A stretch of DNA of 64,000 nucleotides from Roseibacillus sp. (lineage in GTDB: Bacteria; Verrucomicrobiota; Verrucomicrobiia; Verrucomicrobiales; Akkermansiaceae): NCBI GenBank assembly GCA_051251855.1, contig JBPOGI010000004.1, positions 32,001 to 96,000 of the forward strand, read 5' to 3'. The notes beneath the pieces were generated by a model. The model was not told the DNA's origin. It searched no databases and saw only the letters and a program-made list of their open reading frames with translations. The position numbers and the translations under genes are program-made. Positions 37,273 to 47,099 of this stretch are shown piece by piece. Positions within the stretch are counted from its first letter, which is position 1. Each line of letters opens with the position of its first letter.

Positions 37273-37296
37273 GCCGGTCAAAGACCGGCGCTCCCA
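37273..37296 (-). repeat. Single GGAG-footed REP-like palindrome
   Basis: Minus strand TGGGAGC-GCCGGTC-TTT-GACCGGC between lemA and the protease. Confidence 0.55.
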
Positions 37297-37301
37297 GCGA
37301 A

Positions 37302-37898
37302 CTAGTCAAACTTGACATCCACGCGCTCTCGCTGCTCGGGCGCGCTCACCTCAAAGAGCACGGCAGGACCAAAGTTGAACATGTTAGCAATGAAGCTCGT
37401 CGGAAAGCTCTCCCGTTTCGTATTATAGCTCGTCACCGCGTCATTGTACGCCTGTCGCGAGAATCCCACTTTGTTCTCCGTGCTCGTTAACTCCTCCTGA
37501 ACCTGAAGCATATTCTGGTTCGACCGCAACTCGGGGTAAGACTCGCTCAACGCAAACAGACGCCCCAAAGAACTCCCTAGGCCTCCTTCAGCAGCGCCCA
37601 TAGCCGCCACCGCTTCCGCACTTTCAGGACTGGCGCCCGAGCGAGCACTCGAAGCCGCATTCCGCGCCTCAATCACCGCCTCCAGCGTCTCCCGCTCATG
37701 CTTCATAAAGCCCTTAGCTGTCTCCACCAGATTCGGAATCAAATCATGACGGCGCTTGAGCTGAACATCAATCTGCGCGAACCCATTGCGATAGCGGTTA
37801 CGAGAGCTTACCAGCCCGTTGTATTGCGCAATGAGCCAAATCCCAACCAAGACCACAAGCCCCACCAACACCAGTAGAATCACAAAGATAGCTTCCAT
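37302..37898 (-). CDS. lemA: LemA family protein
   Basis: TM, then YNGLV, IDVQLKRRHDLIPNLV, ESYPELR, TENKV, YNDAV, FP; ATG 37898. Confidence 0.95.
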   Translation of the reverse strand: MEAIFVILLVLVGLVVLVGIWLIAQYNGLVSSRNRYRNGFAQIDVQLKRRHDLIPNLVETAKGFMKHERETLEAVIEARNAASSARSGASPESAEAVAAMGAAEGGLGSSLGRLFALSESYPELRSNQNMLQVQEELTSTENKVGFSRQAYNDAVTSYNTKRESFPTSFIANMFNFGPAVLFEVSAPEQRERVDVKFD

Positions 37899-38072
37899 AG
37901 CGCCGAATCTACCAAAGCCCTCCTCCTTGGCGATTACAAAGAGAGTCTCCAGTTGGAAGACCTTTGTAGCGCAGGCCTCCAGCACGTGAGAGTGAATCCG
38001 GACGTCTCGGCTGACCCCATCTAGATAGAAAGCCTGACTTCACACTCTCAGCCCCAACCGCTGCGCCACTTC

Positions 38073-38495
38073 TCAGCCTAAATTCTCTGGCCCAAAACTC
38101 TCCGGTAACAACTCACCCAAACTCATCACCTTTCGAATCCCCTCCGCCCCCGCAATCGCCACCGGAGTCTCCTCTCCCCCAAACTCGCGAATCCGCTGCC
38201 GACACCCCCCGCAAGGCGTGCAAAGACCATCCCCTCCGCCCACAACCGCAATCGCCACAATCTTCCTCCCACCACAAGCCACCATGGCTGCAATCGCCGC
38301 CGTCTCCGCACAAATCCCATTCGGGTAGGCCGCATTTTCTACATTCACCCCCAAATGAACTCGCCCCTCTTCATCCAAAACCGCCGCCCCCACCTGAAAA
38401 TCCGAATACGGCGCATGCGCTTTTCCCTGAATCCCAATCGCCGCCCGGGCCAAAGCATCCAACGACTCCTTCGAAACATCCACTCTTTTCATCAC
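38073..38495 (-). CDS. cdd: Cytidine deaminase (homotetrameric type)
   Basis: HAPYSDFQVGAA, NVENAAY, CAE, PCGGCRQ, LLPESF. Confidence 0.95.
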   Translation of the reverse strand: MMKRVDVSKESLDALARAAIGIQGKAHAPYSDFQVGAAVLDEEGRVHLGVNVENAAYPNGICAETAAIAAMVACGGRKIVAIAVVGGGDGLCTPCGGCRQRIREFGGEETPVAIAGAEGIRKVMSLGELLPESFGPENLG

Positions 38496-38639
38496 CCCTG
38501 TTTAATCAAAAACCCTCCCCTCCAAAAGCTCATTAAAAAATCTCGGCGCTTCTCGGCGTTCTCCGCGAGTCTGCGGTAATCAAGCCTCTTTCCACCAAAA
38601 TCCTGCTAGGAATCCTCTCTCCATTCCGTAACCTCTGGA

Positions 38640-40829
38640 ATGCGACCGTTCATCCGCTCTTTCGTCACCTTGTCTCTCTCCGCCAGCGCCCTCATGGCCG
38701 CAGAGCGCCCCAACATCCTTTTCCTCTTCTCAGACGACCATGCCTGCCAAGCCATTTCAGCCTACCCCGGCGGAATGCTCGACGAAATCGCACCCACCCC
38801 GTCCATCGACCGCATCGCCAAAGACGGACTCCTCTTCGAAAACAGCTTTTGCACCAACTCCATCTGCGGCCCCTCTCGTGCCAGCATTCTCACCGGCAAG
38901 CACTCTCACCTCAACGGGTTCCTCGACAATGGCACCCAGTTTGACGGCTACCAACAAACCTTCCCCGTCCTCCTGCAAGAAGCCGGCTACCGCACCGCCA
39001 TGATTGGCAAGTGGCATCTCGGCACCGACCCGGTAGGCTTCGACCACTGGGAAGTCCTCCCCGGCCAAGGCTCCTACTACAACCCCGACCTCAAGCAAAT
39101 GGACGGCCAAAAGAAGCGCTATCCCGGCCATTGCAACGATGTCGTCACCTCCATTGCCCTCGACCAGCTCAAAAAGTCGGCCGACTCCAAGGAGCCCTTC
39201 ATGATCATGGCGCAATACAAAGCCCCCCATCGCAATTGGGCTCCTGCCGAACGCCACCTCACCCTCTTCGACGACATCACCTTCCCCGAACCCGACTCCC
39301 TCTTCGACAACTACGCCACCCGTAGCAAAACACTCAAGGAGCAAACCATGAGCATCGAAAAGGACATGTATTGGGGCCACGACATGAAGTTCCATGGCGA
39401 AAACCTCTATCCCGACCACTTCGGTAGCCGCCTGAAGAACGGCGAGTACCTCCGCATGACTGACGAGCAAAAGAAAGCTTGGGACGCGGCCTACGAACCC
39501 AAGAACCAAGCCTTTCTCGCCAAAATGAAAGCCGGTGAGCTCAGCGACAAGGAGATCACGCAATGGAAATACCAGCGCTACATCAAGGACTACCTCCGCT
39601 CCATCCGCTCCATGGACGAAGGCATCGGACAAATCCTCGACGAACTCGAAGCCAGCGGCCTCGCCGAGAACACCATCGTCATCTACTCCTCCGACCAAGG
39701 ATTCTACCTCGGCGAGCACGGTTGGTACGACAAGCGTTGGATGTTCGAAGAGTCCTTTAAGATGCCCTTCATCATCCGCTGGCCCGGCGTCATCCAACCC
39801 GGCACCACCACCAAGGCCCTCATCCAAAACATTGACTACGCCCCCACCTTCCTCGACCTCGCCGGCACCGAGATTCCTTCCGATCTCCAAGGCCATTCCC
39901 TCGTGCCCATGCTGAAAAAATCAGGTGAAGCATCCAAAGATTGGCGCGAACAACTCTACTACCGTTACTACGGCGAGGCCGTCCACCAAGTGGCTGCTCA
40001 CGACGGTATTCGCACGGACCATTTCAAGCTCATGTTCTTCAGCGGCACTGGCGAATACAACCTCTTCGACCTCATCAATGACCCTCACGAAATGACCTCC
40101 CTCCACGACGATCCCGCTTACGCCACCATCTTAGCGGAGATGAAGAACAAGCTCAACGACTCACGCATTCAGTACCGCGCCCACTCTGCCGTCATTCCTT
40201 CAGATCGCAACGAACAGAAGTGGTGGAAAGAACGCCAAGCAGCTAAAAACAAACAAGCAGCCTCAGCCAAACACGATCTCATCTTCATCGGTGACTCCAT
40301 CACTCAAGGCTGGGAGAAGAACGGAAAGAAAGTCTGGGATAAATACTACGCCAACCGCAAAGCCCTCAACCTCGGCTTCTCCGGCGACCGCACCGAACAC
40401 GTCCTCAACCGCCTCGACCGAGGCAACCTGCGCAATCAGCAAGAGGCCAAAGTTGCCGTCATCATGATTGGCACCAACAACACCGGCCACAACCAGCAAG
40501 ACCCCAGCGAGACCGCCGACGGCATCACCCGCATTGTGTCCATCGTGCGCGCCCGTTGCCCTCAGGCTCAGATTCTTCTCCTAGGAGTGTTCCCCCGGGG
40601 CGGAGAACCCGAAAACCCTTTGCGTAAACTCAACGTCGACATCAACCAACACATCGCCAGCCTCGCCAAAGACAAAAACGTTCACTACCTCGACATCAGC
40701 AACGCCTTTCTCAAAGAAGACGGCTTCCTTCGCGAGGACATCATGCCCGACTTCCTTCACCTCAACACCGACGGCTACCAACTTTGGGCCGAAGCCATCG
40801 AGCCTAAACTCAAAGAGCTCGGTCTCTAA
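38640..40829 (+). CDS. Secreted sulfatase (S1) fused to an SGNH/GDSL esterase
   Basis: PNILFLFSDDH, CGPSRA (CxPxR), GKWHL, SDQG, DKRW; C-terminal GDSIT, GDRT, GTNN, DFLH. Confidence 0.93.
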   Translation: MRPFIRSFVTLSLSASALMAAERPNILFLFSDDHACQAISAYPGGMLDEIAPTPSIDRIAKDGLLFENSFCTNSICGPSRASILTGKHSHLNGFLDNGTQFDGYQQTFPVLLQEAGYRTAMIGKWHLGTDPVGFDHWEVLPGQGSYYNPDLKQMDGQKKRYPGHCNDVVTSIALDQLKKSADSKEPFMIMAQYKAPHRNWAPAERHLTLFDDITFPEPDSLFDNYATRSKTLKEQTMSIEKDMYWGHDMKFHGENLYPDHFGSRLKNGEYLRMTDEQKKAWDAAYEPKNQAFLAKMKAGELSDKEITQWKYQRYIKDYLRSIRSMDEGIGQILDELEASGLAENTIVIYSSDQGFYLGEHGWYDKRWMFEESFKMPFIIRWPGVIQPGTTTKALIQNIDYAPTFLDLAGTEIPSDLQGHSLVPMLKKSGEASKDWREQLYYRYYGEAVHQVAAHDGIRTDHFKLMFFSGTGEYNLFDLINDPHEMTSLHDDPAYATILAEMKNKLNDSRIQYRAHSAVIPSDRNEQKWWKERQAAKNKQAASAKHDLIFIGDSITQGWEKNGKKVWDKYYANRKALNLGFSGDRTEHVLNRLDRGNLRNQQEAKVAVIMIGTNNTGHNQQDPSETADGITRIVSIVRARCPQAQILLLGVFPRGGEPENPLRKLNVDINQHIASLAKDKNVHYLDISNAFLKEDGFLREDIMPDFLHLNTDGYQLWAEAIEPKLKELGL

Positions 40830-40890
40830 AAAACGACCGAAGCCTATCTCGCCAGACTAACCCCTACAGAGCAGAACACTCGACAGAGAA

Positions 40891-41220
40891 ATGGGTATTA
40901 TAGTTAAAAAATACGAGGATTGGCTCGCGTTGAGTGATTCGGAGCGCAGTGACGTTAAGTTGAGTTGGAACGCCTACGAGCGAGAATCAATCGGCGTCCC
41001 ATACACGGCCGCTGGTCGGCTTGCGATGGTCTCGGAGCGTAAAATCCTAGACCTTTCTATTGGTACGTATCCCGGCGGAGAATATCTAATTCACGCTACA
41101 GTCTCGGTTGAGGAATTTGCGAAGTTCCCAGCAATGCTTTCCGATGAATTTGAAGGATTTAGAATAGTTTGGCTGGCAGAAGCTACACAGTGCAGCAATG
41201 CGGAATCAGCAAAGCCCTAG
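40891..41220 (+). CDS. Hypothetical orphan protein, atypical codon usage
   Basis: 109-aa ORF filling the gap; lacks the C-ending codon bias of its neighbours. Confidence 0.6.
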   Translation: MGIIVKKYEDWLALSDSERSDVKLSWNAYERESIGVPYTAAGRLAMVSERKILDLSIGTYPGGEYLIHATVSVEEFAKFPAMLSDEFEGFRIVWLAEATQCSNAESAKP

Positions 41221-41297
41221 CCTCTCTCCCTTCTCAATAAGCCCTAGCCCGTCCTTCGCGACTTAGCGTCTTTGCGGTTCAAAATTCATCTCGCCCC

Positions 41298-41846
41298 CTA
41301 AGGCACCCGAAACTTATTCGGCATCTCCGCCACCGGCTTCAAAGTCCCATCAGAATTCCGGTTCGCCGGATCTCGCTCATCATAAATCAACCTCCCCGAC
41401 TCCACCCCACGCACATCCACCGGTCGATTTGTATAGTGGTTAAAGACCCAACCCTTCCGACCTGGCACCGGAATCGCATACGGATAATCGATATTCATCG
41501 GAGGCAAAGGCGGTAAATTCTCCTCGTATCCCTCTCCCTGACTAGAACCTCCCGAGTTTAAGCCCACTCCTCCGCTGGCCGATCTCCCCACACCCGAATT
41601 GATGACCTGCGCGCTCCCCATCCCCTCTCGCTGCTCGCGCAATTGCCGCAAATCACCACTCGTCGCTCTAGCGCTCGAGCCCTCAGTCCCGACTGGAGTA
41701 GCGCTTCCTCCCCCAGCGACTATCCCTGAACGAGCCCCACTCCCCGTCGCGCCACTACCGCCCTGAAAAGTTCCCCCCATAGGCGTACAAGAAACAACCC
41801 CCAACAAGGCACCCGCCATCGCAATCAAAGACCAACGTTTCATCAT
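41298..41846 (-). CDS. Gly/Ser-rich lipoprotein with a small C-terminal domain
   Basis: MMKRWSLIAMAGALLGVVSC lipobox; low-complexity linker; YPYAIPVPGRKGWVF...VDVRG...KFRVP. Confidence 0.75.
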   Translation of the reverse strand: MMKRWSLIAMAGALLGVVSCTPMGGTFQGGSGATGSGARSGIVAGGGSATPVGTEGSSARATSGDLRQLREQREGMGSAQVINSGVGRSASGGVGLNSGGSSQGEGYEENLPPLPPMNIDYPYAIPVPGRKGWVFNHYTNRPVDVRGVESGRLIYDERDPANRNSDGTLKPVAEMPNKFRVP

Positions 41847-42052
41847 TACTAGCTCATAGGACGAAGGAAGCTGCCAAATAGTCAATCCTAGGTCGTGAAA
41901 TCCTCACTATTTTACTCCCGCTCCTTTGACCAGCACTGACCAAACGTCAGCAAAGAGGCCCCTATTTCCTCTCCTTTCGCTGATTTCCTCAAAAAATGTG
42001 CCCTCCTTGTTAACCTTGCAGCCGAAAGGCACATTTGTTGGGGTATTCATTA

Positions 42053-42589
42053 GTGGAAAAGCCTTCTCCAGAACACGACGCCCAGTTCGTTGCGCTGCTC
42101 ACCGAGCACCAAAGCGCGATTCGACTCTACGTCGCGTCACTCATGCCTGGCGACAGTCATGCCTCCGACGTCGCCCAGCAGGCCAACGCAAAGATTTGGA
42201 AAAAGCACACCGACTTCGAACTCGGCACCAACTTTAAAGCCTGGGCCTTTGCCATCGCACGCTACGAAGTTCTCACTTATCGCAAAAAGCAGGCTCGCGA
42301 TTCACGCCTCGTCTTCAGCGAAGAGCTCGAAGAAGTTTTTGCCGAAGAAGTCCCCCAGGCTTCCCAGCATATCGAAGACCGACAACTTGCACTTAAGGAC
42401 TGCCTCGCTAGCTTAAGCGCCAGCGAGCGCGATCTTATTCTCAACCGCTACTTCGAAGACAACACCCTCGCCGTCTACGCTAAAAAAATCGGACGTAGCG
42501 CGGGCGGCCTTAAAGTCTCTCTCCATCGAGTGCGCAATAAGCTCCAACACTGCATCGAGCGGAAACTCACTCTCACCTCTGAATCATGA
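42053..42589 (+). CDS. ECF sigma factor (PVC FecR-associated type)
   Basis: FVALLTEHQ, DVAQQAN, GTNFKAWAFAIARYEV, LHRVRNKL; likely GTG start 42053 (alternative 42035); ATGA overlap with the next gene. Confidence 0.92.
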   Translation: MEKPSPEHDAQFVALLTEHQSAIRLYVASLMPGDSHASDVAQQANAKIWKKHTDFELGTNFKAWAFAIARYEVLTYRKKQARDSRLVFSEELEEVFAEEVPQASQHIEDRQLALKDCLASLSASERDLILNRYFEDNTLAVYAKKIGRSAGGLKVSLHRVRNKLQHCIERKLTLTSES

Positions 42590-44172
42590 AAGCGGACGAA
42601 CTCACCCAACTAATAGACTCCGTTCTCGATGGCGATTGCTCGGAGGCTGACTTCCTCAAATTGGAAGCCCAGCTTCACGTCGACCCTCAAGCACGCCGAA
42701 TCTATTACCAACGGCTTCAGCTTCATGATGGACTCACCACGGAAGCGCTCGAAAGCCATCGCCCTTCTGACTCAGAACTCCCAAGCATCACTCATCTCAC
42801 GACCAAAAGAAGTCCCGACTGGGGAAACCATCAACGCATTTGGATTCTTGGAGGAACACTCGCCACCGCAGCTGCCATCGCCATCGGATTCTTTATGGAT
42901 CCCAATCGCAACCAACCCTCTTCAGAGAATAACGTCGTAATCGACGAACCCGTCGCTACCGGCTTTGGCGTTCTCGCCGAATCTTCCAACGCCGTTTGGG
43001 CTGACCGCACCATCCAACGCGGCGACCTCATCCCCACCGGCCCCCTCAAACTTAAGTCAGGCCTCGCCAAACTCGAACTTTTCAGCGGCGTTGAAATCGT
43101 AATCGAAGGGGAAGCCGAGTTCGAACTCCAGTCCGCCATGGCCATGACCGTTCATCGCGGGAAACTGCAAGCCGACGTTCCCGAGCCCGCCCACGGCTTC
43201 CGCGTCCTCACCTCCACTGGCGAAGTCGTCGACCTCGGCACCCGCTTCGCCATGAACGTCACTCCCGATCACAACGACCTCCAAGTCCTTGAGGGCGAAA
43301 TCGAATGGCACCCCAAGTCCGCGCAAAAAGCAAACCTCCTCGACGGCGACAAGCTCCGATGGACAGCTGCCGGCAAACAAGCAGAGACACCCAACGACTT
43401 CGACCTTTTTGAAGACACCCTCGACTTCGACCGCAACCGCGACACCCGCCGACAAGCTTGGCAGCAACAAAGCGAAGTCCTGCGCCACGACCCCCACCTC
43501 CTTGCCTACTACGCAATGGAAAGCACTGGAACCCGCACTCTCCCCGACAACTCTTCTCAGGAAAACAACGGCACCATCGTCCGCGCCTCCCGCTCCTCCA
43601 ATCGCTGGGGACAGAGCGACCGAGGTCTCGACTTCAGCCCCACCGGCAGCCGCGTTCGCCTCAATGTTCCCGGCACCCACCAAGCCCTCACTCTCTTCTG
43701 TTGGGTCCGCATCGATAGCCTCGACCGCCACTACAACTCCCTCTTCCTCACCGATGGCCACGAAATCAACGAACCTCACTGGCAAATTCTGGACGACGGT
43801 CGCCTCTTCTTTTCGGTAAAGAAGCATGACCACAAGAGCCCACACAAACACATCGCCTACTCCCCTCCTATCTGGACCCCCGCGCAAAGTGGACAATGGC
43901 TCCAAATCGCCACCGTCTACGACAGTTCCGCTGGCACCACCACCCACTACCTCAACGGCGAACAAATCAGCCAAGACCAACTCGCCCCCGAGCTTATCGT
44001 TCCCCAAGTCTCCATCGGCGCTGCCTCTATCGGTAACTGGAGCGAGCCCTACAGCCAAGACCCCGACTTCGCGGTCCGCAACCTCAACGGAGCCATCGAC
44101 GAGTTCGCGCTCTTTTCCACCCCTCTCACTTCTGACGAAATCAAAAATCTCTACGAAACCGGCAAACCCTAA
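42586..44172 (+). CDS. Anti-sigma: N-terminal ASD, TM, FecR domain, LamG/ConA domain
   Basis: SGVEIVIEG, GFRVLT, VVDLGTRF, VLEGEI; WLQIATVYD, HYLNG, LNGAIDEFALFSTPL. Confidence 0.88.
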   Translation: MKADELTQLIDSVLDGDCSEADFLKLEAQLHVDPQARRIYYQRLQLHDGLTTEALESHRPSDSELPSITHLTTKRSPDWGNHQRIWILGGTLATAAAIAIGFFMDPNRNQPSSENNVVIDEPVATGFGVLAESSNAVWADRTIQRGDLIPTGPLKLKSGLAKLELFSGVEIVIEGEAEFELQSAMAMTVHRGKLQADVPEPAHGFRVLTSTGEVVDLGTRFAMNVTPDHNDLQVLEGEIEWHPKSAQKANLLDGDKLRWTAAGKQAETPNDFDLFEDTLDFDRNRDTRRQAWQQQSEVLRHDPHLLAYYAMESTGTRTLPDNSSQENNGTIVRASRSSNRWGQSDRGLDFSPTGSRVRLNVPGTHQALTLFCWVRIDSLDRHYNSLFLTDGHEINEPHWQILDDGRLFFSVKKHDHKSPHKHIAYSPPIWTPAQSGQWLQIATVYDSSAGTTTHYLNGEQISQDQLAPELIVPQVSIGAASIGNWSEPYSQDPDFAVRNLNGAIDEFALFSTPLTSDEIKNLYETGKP

Positions 44173-44179
44173 TCCGATC

Positions 44180-47035
44180 ATGAATTCTCTTATTTCCAAA
44201 CCCCTTCTCGCCAGCCTCGCGCTGACCTCTTTTGCACCCTTCGCAAGTGCTGAATTCGAGGAAGCTGACCGTCACTTCACCCTCAAGGTCCTTCCCATTC
44301 TGCATGAGAAGTGCATCGCCTGCCACGGCAATCCCGACGAAGACCTCAAGGGCGGACTCGACATGTCTACTCGCGAACTTCTCCTCAAGGGCGGCGACAA
44401 CTTCACCGACGTCGTCGTCCCCGGCGATGCTTCCAAGAGCTTCATCATGACCACCATCAAGTGGGATGATCCAGAATGGGAAATGCCTCCTAAGGAAAAC
44501 GACCGCCTCGACGAAAAGCAAATCGCCCACGTCGAGCAATGGATCAACGACGGCGCCCCTTGGCCTGACGAAAGCATCCAAGAAGAGATCTTCCTCGCCG
44601 AACGCGAGCGCACCGTCACCGAAGACGGAGTCATCATCACCACCTCCGGCGGACTCGCCGACACTTGGACCTACCGTCGCTATCAACCCGAAGACATCTG
44701 GGCCTTCCGTCCTCTCGACCACACCGTTCAACCCAGCCCCGAAGCGACCCACCCCATCGACTCCTTCATCAACGAGAAGCTCAACGAAGCGGGTGCTGAA
44801 AAAGCCCCCATCGCTGACCTCACCACTCTTCTGCGTCGCGCCAGCTTCGACCTCACCGGCCTCCCCCCGACTCCCGAAGAAACCGAGAAATTCTTACAAG
44901 CCTCCGAATCCAATCCTCAGCAAGCTTGGTCCGACCTCATCGACAGCCTCCTCGACAGCCCTCAATATGGCGAGCGCTGGGCCCAACATTGGCTCGACGT
45001 CGCCCGCTACGCCGACACCGGCGGCATGTCCAACGACTACGAACGCTCCAATGCCTGGCGCTACCGCGACTACGTGATCAGCTCTCTCAACGAGGACAAG
45101 CCTTATGACCAATTCATCATTGAGCAAATCGCCGGCGACGAACTCGCCGACCAGTCCCTCCGCGCCCGCACCCCCGATTGGGAAGAATACCAAAAGGCCC
45201 GCCAAGAAGGCCACTACACCTCCGAGGAAGCCGAGTTGTTAGTCGCCAGCAGCTTCCTCCGCATGGGCCCCTGGGACCCCGCCATGGTGAAGGTTCCTGA
45301 AGCCCGTCAAATGTATCTCGACGATGTCATCAACTCGGTGGGACAGACTTTCCTCTCCACCACCATGCGCTGCTTCAAGTGCCATGACCACAAGTTCGAC
45401 CCCCTTCCTGCCAAGGACTACTACCGTTTCTACGCCGCCTTCGCGGGCACCCAACTCGCCGAACGCAAAGCCCCCTTTGCCCCTGATGAGAAGACCGCAG
45501 GCTTCGAAGAAGGCAAGCAGATGGTCGAGCGCTTGCTCGCCTACGCCACCGAGAAGAAAGACGCGATTCTAGAAAAACAGGAGAACGCCGCTCGCGACTG
45601 GTATAAAGAAAACGGCACTGAGTATGTCGGCCTCAACGAGCGCAAAGACCTTCCCGACGAAGAAAAACCGCCCCGTCATGTCGGCCTCGACAACGTTGAA
45701 AAAGGACAACTCAAAGTCCGCGAGCAAGACGCTTGGATTTGGGAACGTCGCCTCGAGCGCTACCAGCCTTGGGTGCAATCCGTCTACAACGGTCCCGACC
45801 TCAAGTTCCTCAACGCCCGCAAGCTGCGCATGAACGCCAAGGCGAATACGAAATGGCGTCCCGAAAGCACCATCCTAACCGGTGGCTCCCTCGAAGCTCC
45901 TGGCGACCCCGTCACTCCAGGAGTTCTTAGCCCTCTCGGTCTTCCCTCACCAACAGGTTCAGAAGAAGACCCTTTCAAGGTCCCCGAAGAAATTGAAGGC
46001 CGCCGCCTAGCCGTTGCCAAGTGGATTGCCAATCCCGAGAACGCCCTCAGCGCGCGTTCCATCGTCAACCGCGTATGGCAATATCATTTCGGCAAACCCA
46101 TCGCCGGAACCCCGAACAACTTTGGAGTCAAAGGCGCCAAGCCCACCCACCCCGAACTGTTGGACTGGCTTGCCGCCGACTTCGTCGCCAACGGATGGCA
46201 ATTCAAGCGCCTTCATCGCCTCATCATGAGCTCTGCGACCTACCAGCAGGCCAGCCGTCATCCTAACTTCAAGGAACTCGCCAATCAAGACCCTAACAAC
46301 GACCTCTTCGCTCACTTCCCCATCCGCCGTCTCACCGCGGAAGAGATTCGCGATGGCATGCTCAAAATCACCGGCGAGCTCAACTACGAACAAGGAGGAT
46401 TACCCAGCCGCCCTGAAATCAATATGGAGGTCGCCCTCCAGCCCCGCATGATTCAGTTCTCCCTCGCCCCTGCCTACACTCCTTCCCCCACCCCAGAGGA
46501 GCGCAACCGCCGCAGCATCTACGGCTACCGGGTGCGAGGAATGGCCGATCCCTTCTTGGAGACCTTCAACCAGCCCAACCCCAACGACTCCTGCGCGGGT
46601 CGGGATGAAGCCTCGGTTTCACCACAAGCATTCACTCTCATGAATAGCGACCTGATGACCGATCGCTCCATCGCCTTCGCACTTCGCTTGGAGAAAGAAG
46701 CCTCTTCTCATGAAGAAAAGGTAGACCGAGCCTTCCAACTCACTCTCGGGCGCGAACCTTCCGGCGACGAAAGCGAGATGATGGTGAAGTATATTCAGGA
46801 GATGGAAGCGTATCATCAGGATTCCACCCCCACTCCTCGCGAATATCCCACCAAGATTACCCGCACTCTCATCGAAGAGTTTTCCGGCAGTCCCTTCCAA
46901 TACGAGGAGATACTCCCCATCTTCGAAAACTACCAACCCGACACGCAAGCTCATGAAGTTAGCCCCGGAACCCGGGCCCTCGCCGACTTCTGCCTCGTCC
47001 TCTTCAACAGCAACGAATTCGTCCACCTCTACTAG
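44180..47035 (+). CDS. Planctomycete cytochrome C / DUF1549 / DUF1553 (PSD1) protein
   Basis: ATG 44180 with signal peptide; CIACHG, HPIDSFI, RRASFDLTGLPP, YGERWAQHWLDVARYAD, CFKCHDHKFDP, PTHPELLDWLA, RRSIY, NSNEF. Confidence 0.93.
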   Translation: MNSLISKPLLASLALTSFAPFASAEFEEADRHFTLKVLPILHEKCIACHGNPDEDLKGGLDMSTRELLLKGGDNFTDVVVPGDASKSFIMTTIKWDDPEWEMPPKENDRLDEKQIAHVEQWINDGAPWPDESIQEEIFLAERERTVTEDGVIITTSGGLADTWTYRRYQPEDIWAFRPLDHTVQPSPEATHPIDSFINEKLNEAGAEKAPIADLTTLLRRASFDLTGLPPTPEETEKFLQASESNPQQAWSDLIDSLLDSPQYGERWAQHWLDVARYADTGGMSNDYERSNAWRYRDYVISSLNEDKPYDQFIIEQIAGDELADQSLRARTPDWEEYQKARQEGHYTSEEAELLVASSFLRMGPWDPAMVKVPEARQMYLDDVINSVGQTFLSTTMRCFKCHDHKFDPLPAKDYYRFYAAFAGTQLAERKAPFAPDEKTAGFEEGKQMVERLLAYATEKKDAILEKQENAARDWYKENGTEYVGLNERKDLPDEEKPPRHVGLDNVEKGQLKVREQDAWIWERRLERYQPWVQSVYNGPDLKFLNARKLRMNAKANTKWRPESTILTGGSLEAPGDPVTPGVLSPLGLPSPTGSEEDPFKVPEEIEGRRLAVAKWIANPENALSARSIVNRVWQYHFGKPIAGTPNNFGVKGAKPTHPELLDWLAADFVANGWQFKRLHRLIMSSATYQQASRHPNFKELANQDPNNDLFAHFPIRRLTAEEIRDGMLKITGELNYEQGGLPSRPEINMEVALQPRMIQFSLAPAYTPSPTPEERNRRSIYGYRVRGMADPFLETFNQPNPNDSCAGRDEASVSPQAFTLMNSDLMTDRSIAFALRLEKEASSHEEKVDRAFQLTLGREPSGDESEMMVKYIQEMEAYHQDSTPTPREYPTKITRTLIEEFSGSPFQYEEILPIFENYQPDTQAHEVSPGTRALADFCLVLFNSNEFVHLY

Positions 47036-47040
47036 GAATC

Positions 47041-47063
47041 GGGAGTGTGGCTTTTCAAGCCGC
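47041..47063 (+). repeat. Single GGAG-footed REP-like palindrome
   Basis: GGGAGT-GTGGCTT-TTC-AAGCCGC, intergenic. Confidence 0.45.
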
Positions 47064-47099
47064 CCCACTTTTCCGTCAAAAACCAAACCACCTCTCATC

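Noticed and set aside
43826..44179. 118-aa N-terminal extension of the PSD1 protein (also extensions of the ORFs at 46953, 12306, 12380, 2590, 22035, 37985, 51526)
   Set aside because: They overlap upstream genes or intergenic DNA; signal peptides or family motifs begin at downstream starts.
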